Positions 49,811 to 60,286 of a DNA stretch of 64,000 nt are shown here, one piece after another (the first letter of the stretch is position 1; every line of letters starts with the position of its first letter). Where the stretch lies: positions 930,001 to 994,000 of the forward strand of contig CP128820.1 in the NCBI GenBank assembly GCA_051546255.1. Reading direction: 5' to 3'. Both the position numbers and the translations under genes were made by a program. Source of the stretch: Meyerozyma guilliermondii. Its lineage: Eukaryota. The notes under the pieces are model-generated. The model saw only the letters and a program-made list of their open reading frames with translations. It was not told where the DNA came from and did not search any database.

Positions 49811-50594
49811 TGTGGGGAGGCGAAATTGCGAATTACCAGCCTTTTATAATCGCACGGCCGTTTTTTGTGCGGCTGCAATACCCTGCAGGTGATACTGATA
49901 AAGACAAAGGACGGAAATTGGCAGGAATTATGGCTGACAAAGCTGGATGAAAAAGAAGATGTAGATGAGACTCGGTTTGGAAGCACTGAAAAGAAGCACT
50001 GAAAATGTATTTACGATATTGTGTTTGTTCTAGCTTTTCCGATATCGCTGTTTTAGCCGTATTATATCAGAGATAACGGGTAAAGTGGCTCAATTTGTGT
50101 CGAAGCTCCGAGCCCGAAGTAGCCTGGAGCTTCTATGTTGTGGAAAAACTAGGAGAATATGAAAAGTCGAGCAAGTGTCGATATACACTATGAATATCAG
50201 AAGAAAATCGTGGACTTGTAGAATAATAATGAATTGACTTTGTGACTTTATGAGGTCTGGACTAGACAATTTGAATGAATGGAGGTGTAGTTAGTGTCCT
50301 TGAAGTTAATAGAGTTGATCCAAGTGGTCTAAAAGTGGTCTATAGCTTACCAATTATGGCTGCAAATGCATTGGAAAATGAAAAATGAAGAAACCAAAAA
50401 AGCACAAAATTCACAAAAATTCACAAAGACTTACAAAGAAACACAAAATAGCACAAAGCAACAAACTTAGACAGAACCCCACTTCGTCTCATTCAAACCT
50501 ATCCACTTCTTCTCATTCACCTTACCTTCTCTCGCTATTTCACATCCACACACCCGCTCCCAAAACAAAACTTCGCACCGCGACCACTCCAATA

Positions 50595-52406
50595 ATGGCC
50601 AACCCCATCTCTGTTACGTCGTCACGGCACACCACCAGCCTTGATGGCGCCCTCAGTGGCCACCTCCAAAACTCCTTTATAGGCACAGGAAACCCTGGAG
50701 TGCTGGTGATGAGCAGGGTGCTTATGTCGTTGAGATCAGGAATCGACACCGAAATCGTTTGGGCACTTTCAACTTTAACCGAATATTCCTCAACCAATAC
50801 CAGTCTTCTCAACCTTGAAAGTGCAGAATTTGTAGGCCATGAACTCATGAACTATTTTTTCCGTCCCTATGCTCTTATAAATGAGGGAAACCCAGTCACG
50901 AGAGCTCAAATCTCCCAGAGTTGTGATGCGTTATTATCATTGAGAAACCTCTGTCAAGATTTGATCAACCAACAGTGGCTCTCACAGTCCAAAGCGTTCA
51001 AGAAACACGCTACCGAGGTGGTCAAGTTTTGTTCTGGCTGGCTTTATGGCTCCACAGTGCATGAACCTCATCTTCAACCTTTTGAAAATGAGTTCATTGA
51101 AACTTTTAACCATTTGTTGGACCTTTTGGAGATCTTGAGTTGCTACTACATTGATAACACGAAGAACGACCAGCTTGTGCAACAGATTTTGGCGCTTTCC
51201 TTGGTGGCTAGAGAGAAAAACGTGGTGGTAAGCACCTTGACCATCTTGACCCATTTACTCTACACTCGTGACGATAAACCCGAAGATGACGTGGAAAAAA
51301 CTCCTAATAACTGCATCGATGCTATCACGATCAACCACCTCGAAACCTTCGCAAACTACCTCCTTATTGCTGATAACGAACTTGCGTTAGCTGCCCTCAA
51401 TTTCTTCAACCAATACTTATCGTCTGATACGTTTCACCCATCCCACGCCCACTCAGTGAGGTCTTCTAGGGGCGAGCGACTCTCTCTATTATTACAGCTC
51501 AAATCCACAAAGACGATTTTCGAGATTTTTGTCAAACAACTCCCACGGCTTATCGTCCAAGACCTCCCACTTAGTGGCGCTCCGGCTGTCCCCGTGGCCA
51601 GCTTGTCACGCCGGTCGCAACACTCGAGCATCCCTTCGCAATTGCCCCATCTCCCCAGTGAGTTATACGACGTTATTGTAAAATTTCCTGAACCGTTGAG
51701 AGCAACTACATGGCTAAGATGCTGCTACGAGCCGTATTTCGAAACCACCACCACTGCTTCTGGCCAAACCGACGTCATTCCGGGAGAAGTTACGCAAATC
51801 TCATTGTGGAAGGCATACGAAAAACAGTTTGAACAGGTATGGCAGACCGCCAAAACCCGTCCAAATCCAGATTGGCCACCACTTTTGCCGGCAGTTGACT
51901 TTATCAAGAACGTCAATTCGGCATTCCCCAACTCCGAGGCCATGGTAGTGACTTTGGATGCAGAGGGAGATCAGCCTGCAAAGAAAAAGTTTATTATTAA
52001 AGGCATCCAGCCCAGACAATTTGTGGTGAATATCGATGTTGCCAACTACGAAGCTTTGAAGCAAAAGTCGGCGTCAACTTTGACCAACACCTCAAATGGA
52101 AGTCTTCCCATAGGGCATATTGACCAAGAAAAATTTCAACACACATTGAAACAAAAAATTGAGCAGACTCTCACGCAAAACTCCAATGCCATTCCGCCAC
52201 TTGCAAAGGGAAATCCAGTCAATACCGTAAGCGTTGAATTGATGCTGCGGGTGTTCAGCGAAGTAATTCAAACCGACGATTCGGGTGAACTAGGCAACGT
52301 TTTCCGGGTGTTCAATAGTTACTGGCTCCCTGACGTGGTGTATGCCAACCCTGCTCTTGTGCAGCATGGCTACATCGACGGAAAATGGCTTGGATATCTC
52401 CTTTAA
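50595..52406 (+). CDS. RSC9: RSC complex subunit Rsc9
   Basis: RVLMSLRSG...WAL, PEPLRATTWLRCCYE, VTQISLWKAYE and FIKNV motifs. Likely ATG at 50595; COX14 is nearby, as in S. cerevisiae. Confidence 0.88.
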   Translation: MANPISVTSSRHTTSLDGALSGHLQNSFIGTGNPGVLVMSRVLMSLRSGIDTEIVWALSTLTEYSSTNTSLLNLESAEFVGHELMNYFFRPYALINEGNPVTRAQISQSCDALLSLRNLCQDLINQQWLSQSKAFKKHATEVVKFCSGWLYGSTVHEPHLQPFENEFIETFNHLLDLLEILSCYYIDNTKNDQLVQQILALSLVAREKNVVVSTLTILTHLLYTRDDKPEDDVEKTPNNCIDAITINHLETFANYLLIADNELALAALNFFNQYLSSDTFHPSHAHSVRSSRGERLSLLLQLKSTKTIFEIFVKQLPRLIVQDLPLSGAPAVPVASLSRRSQHSSIPSQLPHLPSELYDVIVKFPEPLRATTWLRCCYEPYFETTTTASGQTDVIPGEVTQISLWKAYEKQFEQVWQTAKTRPNPDWPPLLPAVDFIKNVNSAFPNSEAMVVTLDAEGDQPAKKKFIIKGIQPRQFVVNIDVANYEALKQKSASTLTNTSNGSLPIGHIDQEKFQHTLKQKIEQTLTQNSNAIPPLAKGNPVNTVSVELMLRVFSEVIQTDDSGELGNVFRVFNSYWLPDVVYANPALVQHGYIDGKWLGYLL

Positions 52407-52499
52407 ATTTAGTCCCATTCTCTATAGACCTGTATATTACGTAACCAGAACACATAATTTGGCCCATTTCTCATTTTCACCAACCGGATCATCATCACT

Positions 52500-52700
52500 A
52501 TGACCAAAGTACCATTTCGTGTACGGGCAACTGACGTCCTCCACAGAGCCACTGTGCTCAGCTTGATGGGTATAACGTTTGTGGGCCTTGGCAGTATTGG
52601 TTTCAACGTATATTCCAACTCGGACTATGCCAAAATGAACAAGCTGAAATTGACATTCAAGGAAGAACAATATGATGAACTCAGAAAGGAAAGTAAATAG
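52500..52700 (+). CDS. COX14: Cytochrome c oxidase assembly factor Cox14
   Basis: 66 aa; R.TD..HR.TVL motif followed by a single TM segment. Confidence 0.75.
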   Translation: MTKVPFRVRATDVLHRATVLSLMGITFVGLGSIGFNVYSNSDYAKMNKLKLTFKEEQYDELRKESK

Positions 52701-52726
52701 AAAACGATAACGATGTATATAGTAAT

Positions 52727-53446
52727 TCACACTTTTGTCCGTTTTGCTGTAGGTGTATCGGATAGCGAGCGTTTCGATGGGTTTGAAGGATCTGTGGATG
52801 ACTTTTTTGGTGCTACTGAAGTTGTTTCTAAAGTGGATTCTGCGGTGGATTCTGTGGATTTTGTTTTGGTTTTTTCTTTGAGTCTCTTCTTTCCTGAATG
52901 ATACTCCTTGAGCACTTTGGTTACATATTGATGATTTTCTTCGTCGCTTTCTCCTAGTTTCACCACGTCGTGATCGAAATGGAAGCTACGACCGCAATTA
53001 GGACAACTGCTGTTTGGTCTATTTTCAAGATCCAGGTCCCGGAATTGGCCACGTATCTTCTCGAGTAGTTTATAAGCCATTAGACAGCCACATGGCCGCA
53101 AATATGCAAATTGTATCTTTTTGGTTCGAACCGTTTCTGTCACTGGACACACTATTTGGTGATTTTTCCAGGTCACTTTGATATCTACGACATCTTTTAG
53201 GGATCTGATGTGCTTGAGCTCCTTTTTTTGGTTTTCTGACAGCTTTTTCGAAGCCAAAATGTATTCTATAAGTTTATCTTTACGATAAAGAAACCCTTTA
53301 TAATCGCCTACAACCGGGTCAGATAGTGGCATATACGAAATAGCACATACATTCACTTGCTCATCCTCAAGAGCTTCCTTTTGTTTTGGTTTGTGCAACG
53401 AAAAAAGATCCTGCCTTTTGGCGATTGTACCTCCATCATTGCCCAT
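52727..53446 (-). CDS. RTF2: Replication termination factor 2 (Rtf2 RING-like)
   Basis: Begins MGNDGGTI; CAIS..PL..PVV.D..G.LY.K, CPVT, CGC and CPNC motifs. Confidence 0.88.
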   Translation of the reverse strand: MGNDGGTIAKRQDLFSLHKPKQKEALEDEQVNVCAISYMPLSDPVVGDYKGFLYRKDKLIEYILASKKLSENQKKELKHIRSLKDVVDIKVTWKNHQIVCPVTETVRTKKIQFAYLRPCGCLMAYKLLEKIRGQFRDLDLENRPNSSCPNCGRSFHFDHDVVKLGESDEENHQYVTKVLKEYHSGKKRLKEKTKTKSTESTAESTLETTSVAPKKSSTDPSNPSKRSLSDTPTAKRTKV

Positions 53447-53487
53447 ATTTTCAACTTGTTTCGCGACCGAAATTACTTCTTCAATAA

Positions 53488-53919
53488 ATGAGCCAAAGGA
53501 AAATAGACTTGACCCAACTCCAACCGGAGCAACTTGTGGAGTTCCAAAAATCAACCCAGCAGGAGATAGACCACTTTACTCAATCCTTGCATGCTTTACA
53601 GACGGCCAACACTAAATTGAAGCAATGTATAAAAAGTGTCGATCGCATGAGTTCTGGTAATAACTCGGAGCTTTTAGTACCACTTACAAGCTCACTTTAC
53701 GTTCCAGGAAGAGCCATAGACAAAGATGAATACTTGGTGGATATAGGTACGGGATACTTTGTGGGGAAACTGGCTAAAGATGCAAAGGTTGTATACGAGA
53801 ACAAGATCAAGAAATTGACTGAAGATTCGGCCAAATTAAAGGACATTATAGTGCAGAAGAATGATATTATGAACTCGATCAACATGGTATTGCGGAGCAA
53901 GGTAGCCGAGCAGGGGTGA
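53488..53919 (+). CDS. GIM5: Prefoldin subunit 5
   Basis: KIDLTQL, LLVPLTSSLYVPG and LVDIGTGYFV motifs. Confidence 0.95.
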   Translation: MSQRKIDLTQLQPEQLVEFQKSTQQEIDHFTQSLHALQTANTKLKQCIKSVDRMSSGNNSELLVPLTSSLYVPGRAIDKDEYLVDIGTGYFVGKLAKDAKVVYENKIKKLTEDSAKLKDIIVQKNDIMNSINMVLRSKVAEQG

Positions 53920-54029
53920 GAGAAGTGAGAAAGTGACGAGAGAAGCATACAACAGAAATAAAAGTCATTAATGTATTTTGTAATCGTGAAAGTTGGTATG
54001 ACACTGGTAGCATTCATAGGCAATCCTTC

Positions 54030-54204
54030 TTGAATTCTTCTTTAATTCTTCTTCAGTTCTTCTTCAGTTCTTCTTCAGTTCTTCTTCAGTTCTTCTTCAA
54101 CTCTTCAATTCTTCAATTCTTCAATTCTCAATTCTTTAATTCTTCACTTTTTCAATTCTTTAATTCTTCAGTTTTTCAATTCTCAGTTCTCAGTTCAGTT
54201 CAGT
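54030..54204. repeat. Low-complexity TTCTTCA(G/A) repeat tract
   Basis: TTCTTCTTCAG units repeated and degenerating across the GIM5/RAD10 terminator region. Confidence 0.8.
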
Positions 54205-55149
54205 CCTACCGTACTCCTTATTATATATAAACGGCTCGGTGAACACCCGTTTCATATTCTCCACCTTGCGGCTGCCCATCCCCAGTATATCGCCCAATTT
54301 GGTCCCGTTGGAACCTTCTTTCACCACATTGTGAAAAGAGTGAAAATTGGCCAACAAGTTGACCACATCAGTCTTGTTCACCGCCGGCACCGAAGTAAGA
54401 GTTTCCACAACTGCTGCTCGATAATCTTGGCTTTTGATCCCACGAATAGCCGACGTTGCATTGGAAGCTGAAGTCTCGTATTGTTTGGCGTATGCTATAT
54501 AGTTTCCAGCTTCCTCAAACGACCAAGCAAGTACCAAAGACAAGTCTTGTTTAATACACAAATCTGCCAACTTTCGAAGAACCTCGTTGTAGGCATCGAT
54601 GTCCACCACCACCAAGAGCACTCGAAGCGAATTATCGGAACGGGAAGACACCGATGATCCCCTGTGTAGTTTCTTGAGTCGCTGCCATATGTACTCGGGA
54701 TGCACTTTATGGTACTTTAATGAAAGAAAGAGTATCTGAACGGAAGCATTGATGTAGTAGTCGGAGAGAATAGACCCGTTGAATGACCACGGGGTGGTTT
54801 TCATCAAAGAATTGTTGAGCAATGGATTGCCTTTTTGTGAGTTGGAGACTTGAACTGCCGAGTAAGATTGTGGAGCTGGTCGGCGCCGATGAGGCTGGAT
54901 CCGGTCGCGGGATTGTTGTTGGTTTTGTACGTGGTTCTGGTTTTGTTCTTTTTGGTGGTTTTGTTGATTTTGATGATCTTGATGATTTTGCTGGTTTTGC
55001 TGATTTTGATGATTTTGCTCACTTTGTTGATTCTGTTGAGCTTCCTCACTCTTGTCACCTTGCCCTCCTCCTTCTGATTCCCCATCCCCATACTCCTCTC
55101 GCATCCGCTTCACCCCCTCCAATATACTTGCAAACGACGACTGTTCCAT
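54190..55149 (-). CDS. RAD10: ERCC1/Rad10 nucleotide-excision repair subunit with a Q/N/H-rich N-terminus
   Basis: VSNSQKGNPLL, LFLSLKYH..HPEYI, LLVVVD and AWSFEEAGNY motifs, plus a C-terminal HhH. Confidence 0.93.
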   Translation of the reverse strand: MEQSSFASILEGVKRMREEYGDGESEGGGQGDKSEEAQQNQQSEQNHQNQQNQQNHQDHQNQQNHQKEQNQNHVQNQQQSRDRIQPHRRRPAPQSYSAVQVSNSQKGNPLLNNSLMKTTPWSFNGSILSDYYINASVQILFLSLKYHKVHPEYIWQRLKKLHRGSSVSSRSDNSLRVLLVVVDIDAYNEVLRKLADLCIKQDLSLVLAWSFEEAGNYIAYAKQYETSASNATSAIRGIKSQDYRAAVVETLTSVPAVNKTDVVNLLANFHSFHNVVKEGSNGTKLGDILGMGSRKVENMKRVFTEPFIYNKEYGRTELN

Positions 55150-55174
55150 AAGAAAAGAATGCGAAATTCATTTA

Positions 55175-55624
55175 CTAATTACCTATTTTCTTCAATGCCG
55201 TCATCACCTCTGGTTTCAACACCGTCTGGTCCATACTGCTCTCTCTCATCTTCTTGAGAGCAAAACCAACGTGCTCCAGAAATCCAAGCTTTGCAAAAGC
55301 AAATGCTAAATACGCATACAAATTGGCGGAATCTTCGTTGTAAAATGTCGATAATCTAAGATACCAGAGGGTTCTAATGGCAGTCGAATAGTCGCCAGAG
55401 GACAACGCCGACTCCACCTGCTCGAATCCGGCGGTAGCGTCACCGGTACGGCCGGCAACTGGGGTTTTGGTGATAGCATCATCATATGAAAAATCCAATT
55501 CACAAGGGTTTTTCTTATTTGGAGTGATTTTTTTGCCAGCAGGAAGTGGATCTGGTCTAGCCTTCACATTACCCGGGACGCCCTGGTTGATTTGAGCCTT
55601 GAAACTTTCAGGAACTACAGACAT
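55175..55624 (-). CDS. Hypothetical 149-aa protein
   Basis: Stand-alone ATG-initiated ORF with a helical-looking C-terminal half; no family recognised. Confidence 0.65.
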   Translation of the reverse strand: MSVVPESFKAQINQGVPGNVKARPDPLPAGKKITPNKKNPCELDFSYDDAITKTPVAGRTGDATAGFEQVESALSSGDYSTAIRTLWYLRLSTFYNEDSANLYAYLAFAFAKLGFLEHVGFALKKMRESSMDQTVLKPEVMTALKKIGN

Positions 55625-55771
55625 ACTTGGATTGAAATTTGGATGTGAATGGTTTCGACTGATGTAGTTGGCTTATGTAAGATTGCTCGTGGTTCCAATT
55701 TGCACCCAAAAATGAAATGAAGCAGTATTCATTAAGTTGAATAACTAATGATATCAATAACTATGATTAGC

Positions 55772-55851
55772 TGAATTGTGATTATAGTTGAATAACTAAC
55801 AATAATGACTCATTTGATTCATTGAATTATGATTATAGTTGAATAACTAAC
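55772..55851. repeat. 29-bp direct repeat x2 flanking ATGACTCAT
   Basis: TGAATT(G/A)TGATTATAGTTGAATAACTAAC at 55772 and 55823. Confidence 0.8.
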
Positions 55852-55902
55852 GATCTAATTCTTTTCATTTTTAATAGTTACCTTCATCTTTGCTTCATAT
55901 TT

Positions 55903-57816
55903 TCATATAATATCCAAGTTGTCAGCTGAAAATATATCATCAAAAAACATTCCGATTTCCTCATTCATCCAGCTTGCTCCTGTGATATTCAGAAACATAT
56001 CCTGGACTCGTTCTTGGCTACTTATGGGTGCTGAATTACCATTGTCAATATCTTTTTTGTCATCACTAACCTCGCCATTTGAAGTTTCTCGAGGCTGTAA
56101 GTATTCTCCTATGTTTCCAAAGCGGTGACTATTGACATCATCGCTATGTTTTTCAACATCAATAGACAGAAAAACATTTAATTCTTTTTCGAAGCGAGCT
56201 TTGAGGCAGTTAATACCTTGAGATAATGCCCACACACATTCGTTTGCCATAGGAAAGCGGACAATTTCTGGTGCTTGAGAAACTCTTAGCGACCCTAGAA
56301 AACGAAGTAGATCGAGAGAAGACCTAAATATCTTTGTTGCTCGTACTGTTTGATTGCCTCCATTGACTATGGCCAAGGCAAAACTACCAGCACAAAACAA
56401 CATGGCAAGGTTATGGTACCAAGGTCTAACCAAAAGATTGTTAACCTGAAGCTTAACGAAAATATCCACCACTTCCTCCATTCCCGCAAGAATTCTGTCC
56501 ACGCTGTATCCATCCCAATAATAAGACTTTCCAACATAGTTGAATAGCACCGGACTATGAAAGCAGAAAAGAATATCATGAAAGTGCAATAGCACTTGTG
56601 CCTTGATTATGGGCAGCAAGCCACTTAAAGATTCTTGTAGCCATGTGTGCAATTCTTCAATACTTTTACCGACCAGAAAAATACTGATTTCTTCCAGTGA
56701 ACTAGACCTCACCGTTTGGACTTGATTAGCTAGAATTGCAAGTTTGTGGATAGCATAGTATGCATTTCCCGGCTGCAAATCAAACTTTGAAACTTCAGTT
56801 TGATCTAGAAATGGAAGCGTGATATCGTCGTTTCTCCAAAAAGGAGGTCGGCCAATTTGAATGGAAAAGATTTGGTCCATGGAATAAAGACTCCAGAAAA
56901 CCATTCGTGCTTTTGTCCTCACGGGTGGTTCCTTAGTTCTCGTTGCACGAACCGTATGAAGCTCCATGTTTCGTGCCATGCAATTAGCTCTGTCTAGGGC
57001 ATGCAAGAGCGACCTTTGGCTGTAAGTGATCCGCAAGTATAACACCACAAGTAGCCAACTTTGAAGTGCTTCAAGAGCAAAATACTCAAAGCTTATCATC
57101 TGCAAGACTTGATGAGCATAAGAGAAGCATTCGGTTTCCAAGCGCAAAGCTTCCAATTGGGGTCCGTCTGATTTTTGAAATTCGGTGAATCTCAACGATA
57201 TGGCAAGCACCAAGTACAAGAGACTCGAGTGTAAATTTGCAATATTCTTCTGCGTCGCTGTGTGACCTTTGGGCAGCAGAAAGCGATCAAAACTCGATAT
57301 AAAAAGCGTCTGATAATCATGAGAAAGAACATTGAATAGCGGGTTTATCTCCTCGAAGAAATACTTGACCAAGTGTTCGTGAGTGTCAGTAAAGTCGTGA
57401 TCTGGTGGTTTGGGGAATTCTTCCCTTTGGAGATAGTGCACTCCAGACATATTCCATCCATAGCACTGAATTCTTGGAGCCTTGAAAGGAACAGTTTGTC
57501 CTTCAAAATGCTCTTTTGCACTGGTATTGCAAAGCTCAGGTAGAAGAACAGCCTGACATCTGCCGTACATTCGCCATTGGCTGTTGTGGTAAAAGTATTC
57601 GTTTAGAGAAGTGTTTTTCTCTTCAGGAACGATAGTATCCTGTTTTGAAGTTGCCAATCTTTTGGGTAGTGCCATTGTAGAATTCGGTTCATCGGCTGCA
57701 AACGAGCACGCAATGTTGAACTTTTTGCATCTAGCACAAGGAATCTCTCCCGTACACTTGACCTTCATGCTTCGACACCTATCGCAAGCAATTGGGGCTC
57801 TGGAACGCTTAGCCAT
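55903..57816 (-). CDS. Zn2Cys6 transcription factor
   Basis: ACDRCRSMKVKCTGEIPCARCKKFNIAC, YFFEEINPLF and FWSLYSMDQ...GRP motifs. Confidence 0.92.
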   Translation of the reverse strand: MAKRSRAPIACDRCRSMKVKCTGEIPCARCKKFNIACSFAADEPNSTMALPKRLATSKQDTIVPEEKNTSLNEYFYHNSQWRMYGRCQAVLLPELCNTSAKEHFEGQTVPFKAPRIQCYGWNMSGVHYLQREEFPKPPDHDFTDTHEHLVKYFFEEINPLFNVLSHDYQTLFISSFDRFLLPKGHTATQKNIANLHSSLLYLVLAISLRFTEFQKSDGPQLEALRLETECFSYAHQVLQMISFEYFALEALQSWLLVVLYLRITYSQRSLLHALDRANCMARNMELHTVRATRTKEPPVRTKARMVFWSLYSMDQIFSIQIGRPPFWRNDDITLPFLDQTEVSKFDLQPGNAYYAIHKLAILANQVQTVRSSSLEEISIFLVGKSIEELHTWLQESLSGLLPIIKAQVLLHFHDILFCFHSPVLFNYVGKSYYWDGYSVDRILAGMEEVVDIFVKLQVNNLLVRPWYHNLAMLFCAGSFALAIVNGGNQTVRATKIFRSSLDLLRFLGSLRVSQAPEIVRFPMANECVWALSQGINCLKARFEKELNVFLSIDVEKHSDDVNSHRFGNIGEYLQPRETSNGEVSDDKKDIDNGNSAPISSQERVQDMFLNITGASWMNEEIGMFFDDIFSADNLDII

Positions 57817-58052
57817 TGTTTTGTGAAAAAATAAATAGGAGAGGTTTCTGTTTGATGAGAAGATGAGAATTGAGATACGAATTGGTATTTAGCCAATCGC
57901 CACGATGGACTGCACTGAGAAGCTATAATGTATTGGGAATGATTCGGGGGATTAGGGATTTCAGAGAATGTTATTCAGGGAATTTAGGGGTTTCTTTTTA
58001 GATTAGCAATTAGGACATATATATAAATTAGGCCTTGGATAATTCATCTCAG

Positions 58053-59417
58053 CTATGCCCGTCTCGAGGGCCACGAAATCATGTTCCGAACAATATCGGC
58101 TGCCGGAACTCTCACGCTTAAAATATCGGTTGTGGCAGGATCCAAACTGGACCGAGCCATGACAACATCTCGGCCAATAACATAGCCTCGAAGAACCATG
58201 GCAGCGGTAGCACAAGCAAAGAACGAACATCCTGCAAAAATACCTGGGTGAGTATAGGCATCAGCAAGGGCCACTCCGTCGACAGAGGTAGTTATGGAGG
58301 TTGCAATTGGCTCTGAAAAGATGGAGGCAGCACCTACAAACATCCACAGCATGCAGAATGAAACATTTAGTTTTCGAAGACCCACTAAGCGAACGGTTAT
58401 TGGTGCTGTAGTGGGGAAAATGGCTCCCATGAAAGTTCCCTCGAGCAAACCAAGCATAATGAGGGTTGCATAGTTTCTGGCTGGAATTAGCATTGCCAAT
58501 GTGAAAATGCTGGACATATAGTAGCAAAATGCGGTGACGGTGATGGGCCCTAATTTATCGGAAAAATATCCAGCAAGCGGTCTACCGTAACAAAACCCAA
58601 CCTGGACCATGGTTGCAACCACAGCACCCTGGTGCAGCGAATAACCAAGGGTAGCGGCCAAACTGGCCAAACTGTACAACACTACCACATAACCAAAAAT
58701 GCAGGTTATATAATAAAAACACATTATCCAGAACCCAAAACACTTGAGGGTTGCAAGATCAAACGGAGTAAAGATATGACTCTTGGTACGGGTTCGTACA
58801 AGCAGAACTCCTATCAAAATCAACGAAGCACTGATAATGGCTTGAGCTCTAAGTGCCCAGCCAACACTCCGAACTTCCATCACTTTGTACATTCCCATTG
58901 TGAAAACCACTCCTCCAGCCCCGCTGCCCATCACCGCAAGTCCACTGGCCAAAACTCGTCTTTTTTCAAACCATGGACTCACCAATGGGATTGCTGGTAA
59001 ACTGACAAATGCCAACCCGTACGATTGTAATAACCCTTGAGTTAAATAAAGCTGCCAGAGTTTAGTGGAGTAGCTTGCCAACATCATTGCAGTGAACTGA
59101 AAGCAGTTTCCCAAGAGAATGGTGCAATGGGTACCTATCAATCCATGAACATAGTTGATGAGTGGACCACTGAAAAGTCCTACTCCAAATGAAAGACCTC
59201 CAATATACGAGTAGTCAATTTTCGAAGCACCTTCAAACTTTCCATTTCGAAGATACTCGGCAAAGTATATCGCAAAAGCAGAATTGACTCCCCAAGTGGA
59301 AAATAAGAACAAGAACGAACAGAACACTATGACCCATCCATAGCCTCCATCCACGGTTTCATGGACCTTAGGCTCTTCTTTTTTTTGAACTTCCAAATCT
59401 GATTCTGTGCTCGACAT
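58053..59417 (-). CDS. MFS monocarboxylate-porter-like transporter (Mch/Esbp6 family)
   Basis: DGGYGWVIV, TWGVNS, PWFEKRR.LASG and GRPLAGYFSD motifs; about 12 TM segments. Confidence 0.9.
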   Translation of the reverse strand: MSSTESDLEVQKKEEPKVHETVDGGYGWVIVFCSFLFLFSTWGVNSAFAIYFAEYLRNGKFEGASKIDYSYIGGLSFGVGLFSGPLINYVHGLIGTHCTILLGNCFQFTAMMLASYSTKLWQLYLTQGLLQSYGLAFVSLPAIPLVSPWFEKRRVLASGLAVMGSGAGGVVFTMGMYKVMEVRSVGWALRAQAIISASLILIGVLLVRTRTKSHIFTPFDLATLKCFGFWIMCFYYITCIFGYVVVLYSLASLAATLGYSLHQGAVVATMVQVGFCYGRPLAGYFSDKLGPITVTAFCYYMSSIFTLAMLIPARNYATLIMLGLLEGTFMGAIFPTTAPITVRLVGLRKLNVSFCMLWMFVGAASIFSEPIATSITTSVDGVALADAYTHPGIFAGCSFFACATAAMVLRGYVIGRDVVMARSSLDPATTDILSVRVPAADIVRNMISWPSRRA

Positions 59418-59487
59418 GTCGGTAACTATCCTGGACTGGTAGCCATCGCTTTACCTTTTTATAATTTGCACCCATCGCTGATCGGAA

Positions 59488-59510
59488 GAGCATCGGAAAA
59501 GCCGATGCTC
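59488..59510. promoter_or_regulatory. Perfect 9-bp inverted repeat containing CGG-N5-CCG
   Basis: GAGCATCGG-AAAAG-CCGATGCTC, just upstream of the transporter's minus-strand TATAAAA (59463-59457). Confidence 0.6.
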
Positions 59511-60286
59511 ACCCGACCGTGCGTCTGTGTGGCTGGTACGGCATACAGGCCAACGATAACCCTTCCGTGGTCGGTATTCGATTATGACAATTTCACACTC
59601 CCATTTCAGTACTTTGATGAAAAATCAAATCTTATGGATCATGTGCACGCGGTAATTATCTCCGTATAGTGTCGTATCGTTTCAATGAGAATTGTCGCTT
59701 AAAGTCCGAATCGGTACTGGGCTCAATTGTGCAACAACTGACAATGAAGTGATATATATAGCTTCGGATCAAGTTTCTGAGCATTAGATCCAGTCGGATC
59801 TAGTCGGATCCAGTCGTCTGTTCCGAATTTTTTAGCGCAATCTCTGGCTGCAAATTGCTCCGCGCTGGAATTCACTCTCACGAAAAATATCGCTAAACGA
59901 GAAAATAATCTCACCAATACGATGGATCTGCCGAGCAAGTCAAAAACGCTCAATTCGATTGTGCAAAATATAAATCCAATTTTCATTACCATTGAATTGA
60001 CTCATCCTGACTTTCATCTTTGCCTATTCCTTACCAATTCAATTGCACTCCAGTTCTTGATTCTCCTTTAATTATCTCCCTCTCCTGATTGTCTTCGCAA
60101 CGTTTTCTCCGGTTTCCCCGTAATGCCTCTTGGGCGGATCACTGGCCCAAAAAGGAAGTGTTATGCACATTTTGGTAGCGCATCGCACGTGGGATATTAT
60201 GCCAAATGCAAGGCACCGCATGAACTGCTGCACGAATCGGAAACGTTGGGGTATAAAACAGCACCGTTTTTCCAGTTTCCCCATCA

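Noticed and set aside
50385..50594. Lys/His-rich N-terminal extension of Rsc9
   Set aside because: A/C-rich low-complexity sequence typical of a 5' region; the ATG at 50595 has better context. Not fully excluded.
55699..55708. TGCACCC (Aft-type iron-response motif) here and near 6411, 8146, 20802, 36373, 59467 and 63202
   Set aside because: Scattered single heptamers next to unrelated genes; no coherent iron-related set, and enrichment cannot be tested here.
57952..57990. TTAGGG hexamers as telomeric repeats
   Set aside because: Two isolated copies, not a tandem array.
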